From Camelus dromedarius (lineage: Eukaryota): 64,000 bases of DNA. The notes below the pieces were generated by a model. That model did no database searches and was not told where the DNA came from. It was given only the letters and a program-made list of their open reading frames with translations. The translations under genes were made by a program, and so were the position numbers. The first letter of the stretch is position 1. Each line of letters starts with the position of its first letter. Positions 1-12,379 of the stretch are shown piece by piece. The stretch is from NCBI RefSeq assembly GCF_036321535.1, contig NC_087437.1, positions 65,350,001-65,414,000 on the forward strand, read 5' to 3'.

Positions 1-175
1 GGATTTGTTGTAGTCATGAGGAGAGGTGAGCTTGTGGTCCTACTGCTCCAACATCTTGACCAGAAATCCCATAAAAGTTTGTTCCTCTTAATCTTCCTCA
101 CCTATTTCTCTGCTCCCTCCACCCCCCTTCCCTCTGGCAACCACCTATTTGTTCTCTGTATCCATTACTTTGTTT
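1..175 (-). mobile_element. L1 fragments (5' terminus-like at 1-65, 3' UTR-like at 100-175)
   Basis: gagcttgtggtcctactgctccaacatcttg resembles an antisense L1 5' end; cctctggcaaccacctatttgttctctgtatc is a typical antisense L1 3' UTR. Confidence 0.55.
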
Positions 176-176
176 C

Positions 177-528
177 TGTTTATCAACTGAGTAAATTTAA
201 AGATCAAATTGGTTTTATTTAATGATTCACGAATTGGGCAACATTGCATCTAGCAATAGAAAGGAGCTCCACTGAGCTGTAGTAAAGGAAAGTTTTTCAA
301 AAGTGGAAAAGGGACAGAAAAAGGAAATTATTAGCAAAGAATGCATTGTTTCAGACACCCTCCTAAGGGGAATGGAAGGGCCTATCAGGCAGATAATCTC
401 GCTAGTGCTGACCAGGTAATTCCAGGTTGACCGGTTAAAGGTTGCATTCCTATGCAGATTGAGACTGCAGTTAGGTTAAGTATTAAGTCTCAGTGACTCC
501 TTTTTGGGCCTGCTGTCTCCTTTTTACC
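177..528 (-). mobile_element. Probable ERV1-type solo LTR
   Basis: TG...CA-bounded ~350 bp block whose wording (aaatttaaagatcaaattggttttatt...gaaaggagctcc) resembles laurasiatherian LTRs; family not assigned. Confidence 0.4.
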
Positions 529-1624
529 AGAAACAAATGTCTGTCAACAGTATTATAGATAAACAAATTCTGCAATGGAATGCTACTTAGCAAGAGAAAG
601 CAGACACAAGTGAGAATGTACAGTACAATTCAGTTTTTATGAAATTGAAAAACATGAAAAAGATACAGTGTCATAAAGTAGATCCAGGAGTGTTTGAGGC
701 TGATAAAGGGGGGCTGACTGTGAAGGTGATGAAAATGTTTTGTGCCTTGTACTGGTTGTTATAGGAATTTTTTTAAATGCTTCTAACTGTTCACTGGAAG
801 TGGATGCTCTTTATTGTATATAAATTATGACCCAGAATTGATTGTTTTTTAAAGTAGTTCTTGTGGATCTCTGAATATTAGAAGTCCTCCTAGTGGAGTC
901 AGGTGAGAGAATTTGTAGAGATGCAGTCTCTTAAATCTCATCCTTTGTTTTCTACTCAGCAGTATCACGGTAATTCTTAGAAAATGAGAGCCTGATTGCT
1001 TTCTGAAATTCCTATGCTAGTGGTCAAATATCACTAACAGCTTTACTCGATAGGGTTTTCTCCCCTCCTTTTACCTACAATCTTTTCAAGTGTCTTTCCT
1101 ATACCAGCCAGACAATAGAAATCCTCAAATGAAGGGTTTTAATCGGGAGAGATTTGGATGAGCATTTGGATTATTTGGAGTATTTGGACGAGCAGAGCTG
1201 GGGGAAAGCAGAAATTGCACATAAGAATTAAGATAGATGAGCAGTCTCTATACTTGAATATGTTTTAAGGAGTTTAGAAAAAGAATGTTCCAGGAGAAAA
1301 GACTTTTCTAGCTCAGAGATAGGAATAAGCGTGAAGAGATTGTTCCACCTGGAGCCTAGAATTCATCCTGGAGATCCATATGACCTAATGATGGACCTAT
1401 ATAGCAAAGGATGAATGCTGGTATAGGGAATATGAAAGTAGCATGGAATAATCTTGAGATCCTGTAGTAAAACCACCTCAGTTTTAGTACCTGCTCTGTT
1501 GTTCTGGAGTTTAGTTTTGTACTTTTTGTTGGTGGTGGTGGTGGTTAAAAAACAAAGAGTGAGATTTTGTCATTTCTGAAGTCCTTTTTGTTTCTAAGGT
1601 TTTGAGTCTACAAAAAAGTGAATG

Positions 1625-1882
1625 ACTATATGAGATGATGGGTGTTAATTAAACCTACTGTGGTTATATTTCACTATATATATATATAAAGTAAACTATC
1701 ATGTTGTACATCTAATTTATATTCATTTACTTATTTAAATGGATATACTGGGGATTGAACCCAGGACCTCCTGCATGCTAAGCACATGCATTACCACTGA
1801 GCCATACCCTCCCCCTGTACTGTACATCTTAAACTTATACAGTGATGTATGTTAATTATTTCTCAATAAAACTGGAAGAAAA
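1625..1882 (+). mobile_element. L1 3' end fragment, interrupted by a SINE
   Basis: tgtacatcttaaacttatacagtgatgtatgttaattatttctcaataaaactggaagaaaaa is an L1M-type 3' terminus. Confidence 0.7.
1714..1815 (-). mobile_element. tRNA-Ala-derived SINE (camelid Vic-1 type)
   Basis: minus: ggggagggtatggctcagtggtaatgcatgtgcttagcatgcaggaggtcctgggttcaatcccc (Pol III A and B boxes); flanking repeat tgtacatct at 1705-1713 and 1821-1829. Confidence 0.8.
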
Positions 1883-2020
1883 AGTGAATGAAAGTTTATA
1901 TGCAAAGTTTTGATGATGTGATAATCATGGTGGGGTTTTCATATATTTCACTGTATTGAAACTGGTGAATGAGATTAAGGATGGACATTGGTTATAATTA
2001 TTTCTTTATTTTCTTTGCAG

Positions 2021-2145
2021 GAATTAATCATTTCATGAGAGAGACAGTGAAGAATTGTAAAAGAGATGGATTTGTTCAGACTATTTTGGGAAGGCGTAGA
2101 TATTTACCAGGAATCAAAGACAACAACCCTTACCGTAAAGCTCAC
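2021..2145 (+). CDS. POLQ: DNA polymerase theta, coding exon 4th from last (family A polymerase domain)
   Basis: ttctttgcag|GAATT...GCTCAC|gtatgt; 125 nt, phase 1 to 0; encodes (G)INHFMRETVKNCKRDGFVQTILGRRRYLPGIKDNNPYRKAH, recognisable POLQ sequence with the PolA GxVxTxxGRRR motif. Confidence 0.97.
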
Positions 2146-4622
2146 GTATGTTGAAATTTCTCTGGATTTCTGACTTAATATTTTAAAGGCATATACTTTT
2201 TCACAAGGACTAGATGCTGCTAATGTTCCTTTTAGAGATTACTAGCATATTAATTTGATCTCCTGTTTTATTCAGGGCTTCTGAAGTGATGGTGCATGCC
2301 AGTATTTGCTGAACACAGTCTTTAGGGGACTAATATAAATATGGTTTCACTTAATAATACTTCAATTAAAGATATTCTGTTTTAGTAAGCCAATTATTTA
2401 TTAGCTTTGGTAATAAGTTATAAGTAAACTTAGTTGTAACATTTGCTAATTGTTCTTTGTTTCAGATATTGTATACTAAGTTGTTGTATCACAGCAGATT
2501 GCCAGTGTTGTCAGAGATTAGCCAATCATTGAACTGTGGTATTTTTTTAGTTCATTCTGCTTGTTGATTTATTTTAAAAACTCTGGCTCATTAGAGGTTA
2601 TTAGGATGCCCAAAATATTAAAGAAGGCTGTTTTTAATATTATTCAAAAGATTTATTGATGGTGTTTTCTCAAATTATGATTAAAATCTTTCTGAAATCA
2701 TTAGGATCCATAAAAGTATTCTGTGTGTCTGAGCATTTAAGCTTCTATTATAGCATAAACCTTCTATTGTAAAGTTGTATTTTGCCCTTATCCCATACTT
2801 TTGTGTGTGAGTACCCACTACACGTTGCATGTAATGAAAATAGCCCCCAAATTGCTAAACTTCTGTCTTGATCTAGAATCTCTCAGAGCAATAATGCTCT
2901 TAGGGACTATGGAAGAATAGTTGGGTTTTTGTTATTTCTTCACTCTCTAGCCTCCCATATATCCACATACAGTCATCAGCTATCTGTCAGGCCTCTACCA
3001 TATCTCCAAGTGAAGTAGGCACTGTAGTTGATGAGGAAAAGTAAGTCTTAAAATGTATTGGAAGGGATAAAACAAACTAAAAAAATATAAAAATTACATA
3101 TATACTCAAGTTATTTAGGCTTCCAGAGAGTAGGTAGGTCTTGAACAAATTCTTTAAGACTAAAGTTCATATTGTTGGGCATGAGCAAAAGACAATCACA
3201 AGTGAGTAAGAGTTTGAGTAAGAATTGGCCAAAAACCAATCTGATAGTGGAGAATTTGAGTTGTCACTGAGGAGTTGATCATTTCTACTGGTCAGATGGA
3301 ATCAGCTACTGGAAGGCTTTAAATGGCAGGCTGAGAGATTTGGGCTTGATCTAGTAGGGATTGATTATGTTTCTTGGGATTTACATAATGAAAAATGGAG
3401 GATAGATTTATTAATGATAATGAACCAAACACTTCGAAAAAGAAAACTAATGTTTTTATAGTTAAAGATATGAGAGTAAGACTTTTCATACCAAATCCTT
3501 AGGAAAGTCAGAGTTCTGATTCATTATGTTGTTGCTGAGAAAAAACAAGTTCCAACCTTCTAAATCAGCAATAGAGTAAATATAGCCAGATTTATTTTTT
3601 AAATTTTTGTTTAGTTTGCTATTCTTTTTATTTCAACTTTTATTATGTTAGAAAGTACACATAGAGAAAGCTCAAGAAACAAATATAAATTTCAATAAAT
3701 TATCATAGAGCTGTACCTGTGTAACTACCATCCAAGCCAAAAAAAAATAGAATATTGTCAGCATCCCAGAAGCTCCTCTCATGCCTCTTCCTAATTACCT
3801 TCCTAGAAATAACCTCTAAACCTTCTAACCCTATGGCTTTGTTTTATGTATTTTTGACCACTGTATGCGTCATATATGTGTATTGTTCTGTGTTTAACTT
3901 CTTTCACTCAAAATTACATAGGCAAGTCATTCATGTTGTTGCATGTAGAGGTAGCTGTATAGATCTGATATATGAGTATACCATGATTTATTCATTTTTC
4001 TGTTGATGGGTTTCTAGTTTGGAGCTATTATGGATCTTGCTGATTTGATCATTCTTGTGCAAGGTTCTTGGTGCACATATATTTTCATTTATGTTTGGTA
4101 AAGACCTAGTCATAGAATTGCTGCCTATCTTCAACTTCAGTAGATAAAGCCACGTTGTGTTTTATGGTGGTTATAGCAATTTATCCTCTCATGTGTGTTC
4201 TCATTGCTCTGCATCCTTGCTAACATTTGCTATTAAGTTAATACAGTTTTAGCTATTTTGGTGGTATAGTATCTTGTAGTTTGTATTTTCTTGAATACTA
4301 ATGAAGTAAAGCAACTTAACAATTATTTATTAGCCATTTATTTATTTTTTTCTTGTGTAAGTGCCAATTCAGTTTTTCTTGTTCTTTTTTGTTGTTGTTG
4401 TTGTTGGGTTGTCTTGTCTTTTTCTTACTGATTTATAGGAGCCTGTTACTGATTCCACGTGTGGAAAATATTCTCTTCCACACTGTGTCTGGCCTTTTTG
4501 TTCTCTTATTAGTAATTTTAGAGGAAAGGAGAGTATTAATTTTGTTTATTCTTAAATATTTTATTGAGAAATAACATTTATGCAATAAAGGGCACAAATC
4601 TTGAGTATAAACCTTGAAGTTT

Positions 4623-4627
<5 letters not shown>

Positions 4628-4657
<30 letters not shown>
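4628..4657. repeat. (CA)n microsatellite, about 15 units
   Basis: Directly visible. Confidence 0.95.
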
Positions 4658-4659
<2 letters not shown>

Positions 4660-6584
4660 ATAAAGCCACTATCATAATCAAGATATAGAATTTTTCCAGC
4701 ACCCCAGAAGACTTATTTATATTTCTTCCAAGTTGGTACTATCACCTCTGTGCAGACACATAAAGCTTTAGATTAGTTTTATATGAACTTGAATTTTATT
4801 TAAATGCAGTCATACCACTTGTACTCTTGGGTCTAACTTTTCATTCAAATATACATCTGTGAGATTCATGTGTCATGTGCAGCTATAGTTCATGTCTTTA
4901 TTTAGCTGAGTAATATTCCATTGTAGGAACATACCAACAATTTATCTTTTCTAATATTGGCAGACATTTTGGTCATTTTCAGGTTTGGGCTATCATTAAT
5001 AAAGCTGCTATGAATATTCTTGTATTTGTCTTTTGGTATACATATGCACCCAATTCTGTTACCTTAGAGTGGAATTGCTGATTCATAGAGTAAGCATATT
5101 TTTATCTTTAGTACATGCTGCCTGATTTGCAGAGTGCTTATTTTCATTGCCATCAGCAATGTATCTACATTCTTGCCATTGCTTGGTATGATTGGTCTTT
5201 TTAATTTTAGCAATTCTAGTATCTGAGTCAGGGTACCTCTATGTGCCTTTAATTTGCTTCTCCCTGATGACTGGTGATATTGAACTCCTTTTTTATATGT
5301 TTTTTGAACATTTGGATACCTTCTTTTATGAAATGTCTGTTTAACTGCTATGTTTTTATTATTGAGTTGTCTGTCCTTTAACTGATTTATGAGAGTCCTT
5401 TATATAGTCCAGATATGAATCCTTTGCTTACATAGATTTATCAGTCTTTTGTATTATTGTGTTGCTTTCCTTGATCTGTTTAAGAAAGCTTTTTCTACCC
5501 CAATTTCAAGAAAATATTCTCTAGAAGTTTTTGGTTTTACTTTTACATTTATATCTATAGTCAACCAGGAATTGATTTTTACTTCTTATGAGAGATTGAG
5601 GGTCAAGGTCCTCCCTAACCCCCATGGACATACAGTTGTCCAAACTATTTATTGAAAAGACTGAGCTTCCCCGAACTGCTCTGCAGTGCTGCCTTTGCCA
5701 CAAATTATATTTTAAAATATGGATGTGTCTGTTTCTGGTCACATTGTTTTGGTCTGTTGTGTCTGTTCATCCTTTAGGCAGTGTCATACTACCTTAGTTA
5801 TGAAGCTGCTTTATAAGATGTTTCGGTATATGGTAAAGTAAGTTTTCTCATCTTGGGTCCCTACTCCTCCACCCCCCAAGAACCCATTCTTGGTTCTGTG
5901 TATTTCCATATAAATTGTAGAAGCAGCTTGTGAATTTCCACACAAACATAAAATCCTATTGGGATTCTTAGTTGCAATTGCCTTAAATTCATAGATCAAG
6001 GTGGGATTACTGGACATATTTATAAATTTGAGTTTTCCAATCCATGAACATGTTATATATGTCCATTTTATTTAGGTCTTTGGGTCCTTTTAAATTCTTC
6101 ATAGTAGTTTTGGGAAAGCAATCTTACAAGATTTTTATTAGATTTATATCTAGGTGTTTGAAAAGTTTAATGCTGTTGAGAATGCTATCTTTTTAAAATT
6201 CTTTTCCTTTTTTATGTTTTCTAACCTTTGCTCCTGATAGATATATAATTGTTTTTATTGTTGTGTCTAAAAACCTTGCAGATATTACTTACTAATTCCA
6301 AAAATTTATCTTTAGATACTTTAAGGTATTCTATCTACACAGTTTTCATCTGCAAAAAGAAAAAAAAATAGTTTTATAACTGCCTTTCCAAATCTTATTC
6401 TTTTTTAACTTTTGGTTGATTTACTAGCTAGGACATTGCTGAATAGAATTAGTGATAGTGGGCATCTTTGCCACTTTTCAGATCTCAGAGGTGAATTATA
6501 AGCATTTTACCGATTAAGTGGAACTTTCCTTTAGGTTTTTAATAGTGTCTGTCAGATAAAGTGAGCTGCCTTATATATGTGCTT

Positions 6585-6730
6585 GTAGGCCGTAGAGTCT
6601 GTATGCCAACACTCAGCTGTGCTGTTGTAGCGCAAACAGTGAGTGTGGCTGCATTCCAGTAAAACTGCATTTATAAAAAGAAGAGATGGGCCATACTTGG
6701 CGTGCAGGCTGCAGTTTGCCCACCCCTGGC
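6585..6730. mobile_element. MER58-like hAT-Charlie fragment
   Basis: gtgtggctgcattccagtaaaact...gggccatacttggc...gtttgcccacccctg terminus. Confidence 0.65.
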
Positions 6731-8004
6731 CTAACTGTTCCTTCTTTAAGTGTAATCTGCCTTTTTTTCTCTAGGTTGTTTTCAATATAGTATTTTTCTT
6801 TTTGTGTGGTTTCTAGCAGATTTTCTGTTATGTGGTTAACTGTGTGCTTTTTTAAATTTCCTGTGGATGTGTGTGTTAAATGTATCCTTTTCTGAGGGTG
6901 TTATGACTTCTTGAATCTGCACCTTGAGATCCTTTGTTGATTTTGGAAAATTCTTAGTCATTTCTTCTTCAATCATTGCTTCATCAGATCTCTCCTCTCT
7001 GAAACTTCTATTACAAAAATTTTAAACTTTTTTCTTTAATTCCTCATTTTTCATATCCTCTGTTTGGTATTTTTCGATGTTTATATTTCATCATGGTTAC
7101 TTCTGGATATTTTCTTCTAACTTGTCTTTCAATTGGCTGATTTGCTCTTCAATTTGCTGTTGAGCAACGATTGAGCCTTTAAGTTCTAAGTAATATAGAA
7201 CTTTTCCAGCACCCCAGAAAGCTTTTGTATCTCTCTCCAAGTCAGTACTATCCCCACCCCTGTGCACATACACCAAACTATAGAGAAAGCACTGTTTAAG
7301 TGCTTTAAGTTCCATTATTTTTATTTTTCTGTTCTAGAGTTTCCATTTTGTTCTTAATTATGAGTACATGGTTCTCAATAGTGAAATATTTTTGTCTTTT
7401 ATTTTCTTGATAACATGATTATTTTATAGTCTAATGAGTTTGATAGTAGTCTGTAATCAAACATGTCCCATACTTGGATCCCTGTAGTCTATTCCTATTG
7501 CTTTTTATTTTTCTTAGTTTTCTACAAAAACAATTACATTGTCTCAACTCCTTATGGGCCTCCTGCTACTTGATGGGCCTGAACCCAAGTATTTTTTCCC
7601 ACCCCTCAAGACCATCAAGCTCTGTTCAGCTTCTTAGCCTCTCAGCTGCCTCTTTTGGAATCTGTTGATGTCCCTGGGAGAAAGGGCAGCCTCCAATGCC
7701 CGTATCACCACCTCCTTGCTTTCCTTTCTCTTCTAGTTCTTTAGGTTCTGTAATTTTTCACTTACTTTGTACCTGTCTGATTTATTCAAAAAGGCATTTT
7801 CTGACCAGCTTTTCTGGTTGTTATCAGTGGGAGGATTGGTCCTAATGGCCTAATCTCCCATTACTAGAAACCTATATTTTTATGTTCATGAAAATGCTCT
7901 GGTGATGAGAAGCAACTGAGATTATGGGACACAAAGCCAAGACTGTCAAGTTTTCTTATTTTGGAGGAGAATCAGGGAAGTACAGTATCACGAGAATAAA
8001 ATAT

Positions 8005-8340
8005 ATTTATGTTAATCATATTTGCTTATGTCACAGTGAAAACAACCCAAAATTTCAGTGACTTATAAAAAGAAGCTTTATTTTTAATTCATGTTATAGT
8101 TTGGCTCTAGGTCGACTATGGCTCTGCTCCAGTCCCTATCTGGGATAAACTCTTTTTTTGTGTGACAGTGTTAGATAGTTTTTAAAACTTCTTACATGTG
8201 CTGTATGTCAGTTTTACATTTCATTGGCCCATTCTTAAAGAGTGAAAAACACTTTGAGTCACATGGCTTTGGGTGGAGGCTATGGAACTTCACAGAGAAA
8301 GGCAGCAAGCAATAGCAATAACAACATAATCCACTGCACA
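8005..8340 (-). mobile_element. Old MLT1 (MaLR) LTR remnant
   Basis: aacaacccaaaatttcagtgactta...tttattt...cattggcc...gtcacatggc pattern. Confidence 0.5.
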
Positions 8341-9298
8341 AGGCATACAGTTTCAAGAAGGGGAGGAGTCAGTAGAACTTTGACATTCAGTCAGCCTTTA
8401 AACAGTGACAGCTGAGTGAGTTTAGAATGAATTCATCAGCATTTGACAAAACAACAGTTAGTTTAAAAAAAAAAGTCTATTTAACTAGTATTTAATATAA
8501 GGGAAGTTGGTGATAGGGAGCTCTCTCAAGTTACGTAGATCCTCCAGTGAGTAGATCCTTCCCACTTTCTGAGCCCTTTGGGAACAATAGGAGTGATATT
8601 CATGGATAGGTTGCACCCTAGGTACTAACCTGGACCCCTGTTCCCCTGCCCCAGGATGATCACTTTTAGCAAGTGACCATGGCAGCAATAGTTCAGGGAA
8701 GTTCTACTTTAATACCCAGGACTCTAGGATTTGCTCATTTACTGGCAGCTAACAATTAGCCCCAACAGCCCATAGAAAGCTCTGATTAATACCAGAGGGC
8801 TCCAGATCTAGTGGGCCAAACTCTACATAGGACCAAGAGTCCACTGATATGAGGGATGTACTTGAAACTTTCCAACCCACATGACAAAGAATGATATTCT
8901 AATTATAACTATTTAGGATTAAGAGCAATTGTATTCTGAGGAATACACCCTTTAAAGTGAAATTTAGAACATCGATAATATAATTTTGGGCCTCTAAATA
9001 CATTTTAAGTATAATGCAGTTTTTGGTTCCTGAGTGTTGAAGATTTCTAAATTGAAGCAACCTGACGTTCTTTTGTTTAATCTATCCTCTAGTGAATGAC
9101 AACCCAGAATCTAGAGCTCTGGATCATTCCAGTTGTTATTCTTAGGATGCAGGTCAATAGTTGTTATCCTGGGTCACATCTCGTCCAGATTTCCAGTCTG
9201 GTTGCAGGTGTCAGCACTAATCTGTGGACACTTTAAAGGCAGGTATGAAACCACGTTGGCATATCTGATGGAGCACCTGTTATTATTGTTTCTCGTAG

Positions 9299-9452
9299 GC
9301 TGAGCGTCAGGCTATCAACACAACAGTCCAAGGTTCGGCGGCTGATGTTGTCAAAATAGCCACAGTTAATATTCAGAAGCAATTAGAGACCTTCCACTCA
9401 ACCTTCAAATCCCATGGTCATCGGGAGGGTATGCTCCAAAATGACAGAACAG
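9299..9452 (+). CDS. POLQ: DNA polymerase theta, coding exon 3rd from last
   Basis: tttctcgtag|GCTGAG...AGAACAG|gtttgt; 154 nt, phase 0 to 1; AERQAINTTVQGSAADVVKIATVNIQKQLETFHSTFKSHGHREGMLQNDRT; PolA AERxAxNxxxQGSAAD motif; absent from the ORF track. Confidence 0.97.
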
Positions 9453-9540
9453 GTTTGTTCATAAATGAGGCCCCTGATATAACATGGTGAGATTAATTAT
9501 GTCAGAAAAGAAAAGGAGAAGTATTTTACATATTATTTCT

Positions 9541-10154
9541 CAGCAATTCTCAAACATTTTGGTCTCATGGTGTCTTTATACTTTTAGAATTATTAAGGAC
9601 CCCAAAGAGCTTTTGTTATATGGATTATATCTATTAATATTTACCATATTAGAAGTTAAAACAAGGGATTTTAAATTATTAACATTTACAGATAATAATG
9701 ATAATAAACCTACCATGTGTTAACATAAGTAACATTTTTATGAAAATAACTACATTTTTTCAGAATAAAAGATAATTCGTGGTGAGTGACTATTTTACAT
9801 TTCTAAAAACTCTAATGTCTGGCTTAAGAGAGAATGTTTATATTCTCTTATCTATTTCTGCATTCAATTTGTTGCAATATCATCTATTTTGTAACCTCTG
9901 GAAAATCCTCTGTACAGTCTAGGGTGATAAATGTCCCAATTTGTGGGAGACTGATGGCTTTCCCGGGATATGGGACTTGTAGTGCTAAAACCAGGATAAT
10001 TTGTTACCTTGTTGTACACTTATGAGAGAATGAGACTAAAAAAGGAAAATAACCTCTAAGTGTTATTAGGAAAATAAAAAATTTTGACTTTGCTGATGCT
10101 TTGAAAGGATCTCAGGGATCCATGTTGTTCCTCAGACCACACATTAAGAACATG
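9541..10154. mobile_element. MER119-like hAT-Charlie element with a nested MER96-like hAT MITE (about 9920-10010)
   Basis: cagcaattctcaaacattttggtctc...gaccacacattaagaacatg termini; internal tagggtgat...tgttacctt block flanked by tgtaca on both sides. Confidence 0.6.
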
Positions 10155-11712
10155 TTGATTTTCCTGTTCATGACCTTTCACGAGCACATGTACACATACA
10201 CACACTTTTATATTTGTAGAAAGAGAATGTACAGTCAAACTTATTTGGGGAATAATGTACTGTGTACTTTGGAGGATTTGGAAATAAAAGTTATCAACCT
10301 ATGTTTAAAATTTAAATCTACTAAAGAAAGGAAGATATGATACCTGACTGAAATGTTTACATGACTCTTCACAGCAAAATGATGCAGTGCAGTGTCAAAA
10401 TGATAGCATCAATCTTTAGAGTGAGTGAAAGACAATGTAGATACGTCACAGAGGATGACTTCGTGTGTCGTGCTGAGTTAAAGGTAGTAGTAGGTCAGTG
10501 GGATCAAAGGGAGTGGTGCCTGAGGAAGCAGACCACACAGGGAGTAGGAGGATCATGGCATTCTGGGTCAGAAGACAAGTAACCAAGGGAAATCAAGAGG
10601 ACAGAGGTGCGGTGATCAGAAAGCAGAAAAATTAGAGCATCTGGACAGCCAATGATGTAAGATAAGTGGGGCCCAAAGGGGCAGATCAGATTTTAGCCAA
10701 ACTGGTGAACAGGTGCCTTTGCATCCCTGGTATGGAAGCAACTCGCCGTGCCTCATCTGCCTTTGTTCTCTTACCCTGCAGGAGCCATCTCAGAAAACCA
10801 GGTAATGACAACTAAAGAACTCTCTTGGGAATTTCAGCTATCGAGGGAGGTGGTCTTTGTGCTGTCCTGAAGAATAAGTAGGAAATTTGGATGGCAGAAA
10901 GGAAGGACTGCTCTGAAACACGGGCAAACAAAGGCAGTTACTGTAAAGGTGTTAATGTTGAACCTTATTTTAGTGATCAGGGTGGTGTAATCTGTACCAC
11001 TAGGAAGTTAGGAAATAGTAACTAAGTGTAGTATAGTGATTTTTAAACATTTTTGGGCTCATGGGTTCTTTTGAGAATCTTTTGAGAAAGACAGAGATCA
11101 TCTCCTCAGAAGAAAGTACAGACATAGACCCTTACATGTATCTTTAAGGGTCTAAGTATCTAACACTCTCCGAAGTCCACATTTGGACCCTAGATTTAGA
11201 ATTACTTGTCTAGAGTGTGTGGTCCAGTTAAGGAATCACCACTTCTACCATGGTGACACTTACGGCCAGAAAAAGACATCAGGGAGTGTCAGTCTTATAA
11301 AACACTGCCTAAAGACAATGCCAGTTCCCTTTTCTGGAGCAAGAATCAAGCCCCACACTACTCTAGTGCTGTTCTCAGAGAAGTTGGTAGTGGGAACTCC
11401 ATGGAAAGAGAAGATGGTTGTTTATGAGAAATAAGCTAGACTAGAGTTTGGAGCAGAGTTCTTTAAACTCCATTTACTGACTTTGTTAGATTTCTCATTT
11501 GTGGGAGAAAGTTGATGAAGATTTGAGTTTACCTGATGGGTGGGATAGGTAGCAACCAGCAAGTAGTTATTTTCCTGGTAGTTGTATATTTTATGTGTTT
11601 TAATCTCTTAATTAAAATTTCCCAGAACTGCTCAAAATCTCTCTTAAAAATATTTTTTTCTATAGCACAGTGACATTGCTGATCAGTTTTGCTACTTTTT
11701 TTTGTCGGGTAG

Positions 11713-11828
11713 GATTGTTACCAAAGAGAAAACTGCAAGGGATGTTCTGCCCAATCAGAGGAGGCTTCTTCATCCTTCAACTCCATGATGAACTCTTATA
11801 TGAAGTGGCAGAAGAGGATGTTGTTCAG
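11713..11828 (+). CDS. POLQ: DNA polymerase theta, penultimate exon (catalytic motif C, HDE)
   Basis: tttgtcgggtag|GATTG...GTTCAG|gtattt; 116 nt, phase 1 to 0; (G)LLPKRKLQGMFCPIRGGFFILQLHDELLYEVAEEDVVQ. Confidence 0.97.
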
Positions 11829-12265
11829 GTATTTTTGCAGTGTTTGTGTCCATTCTACAGAAAGCTAAAACATGGTAGGTCAAGCTAAGGTGCATGAGAT
11901 TTCGGGAACCCTTCCCTAGCCCTGGGATAGGTACAGAAAAGTTGAATCCTTAAGGGTAGAGAAAGAGCTAAGAGTGCTGAGCTTTAAACTCATTTAAAAA
12001 GAAATTCCTGCAGGGATATTTTTGTCTGGGAGAAGTTAGATGAGAATTTGGAGTCCTTGTCCTGAGGATTCCAAAGCTCTGAGCATTCTAGTGAACCTGG
12101 CAGAGCTCCTGCTCATCGGGGAAGACCAATGTGGGATGCCTGAGTCTTTTCAGATTTTGAGTTTTAAGCACCATGAGGTGAAGAGCTCCAGTCTGGCTTA
12201 TCTTCTCAGTGGATGGGCTGGGAAACATTCTTTGGACAGAGTTTGTTAACTTTTTTTTTTTTTAG

Positions 12266-12379
12266 GTAGCTCAGATTGTGAAGAATGAAATGGAAAGTGC
12301 TGTAAAACTCTCTGTGAAACTGAAAGTGAAAGTGAAAATAGGCGCCAGCTGGGGAGAGCTGAAGGACTTTGATGTGTGA
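12266..12379 (+). CDS. POLQ: DNA polymerase theta, terminal coding exon
   Basis: poly-T tract then tag|GTAGCT; VAQIVKNEMESAVKLSVKLKVKVKIGASWGELKDFDV then TGA at 12377-12379; matches the known POLQ C-terminus. Confidence 0.97.
   Translation, partial: VAQIVKNEMESAVKLSVKLKVKVKIGASWGELKDFDV

Larger units (their letters stand above)
3620..7870 (-). mobile_element. Composite of old L1M (ME/MC-like) fragments in a POLQ intron
   Basis: T-rich antisense L1 wording (two 3' UTR-like starts near 3630 and 4557, ORF2-like 5000-6560, 5'-region-like 6740-7860); boundaries approximate. Confidence 0.65.

Noticed and set aside
1152..1194. Four atttgga units at short spacing
   Set aside because: Degenerate minisatellite; too short and irregular to be an array.
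9320..9352. POLQ residues NTTVQGSAADVV differing from human NTIVQGSAADIV as I recall it
   Set aside because: Substitutions at variable motif positions; invariant residues and the HDE catalytic motif are intact, with no sign of pseudogenisation.
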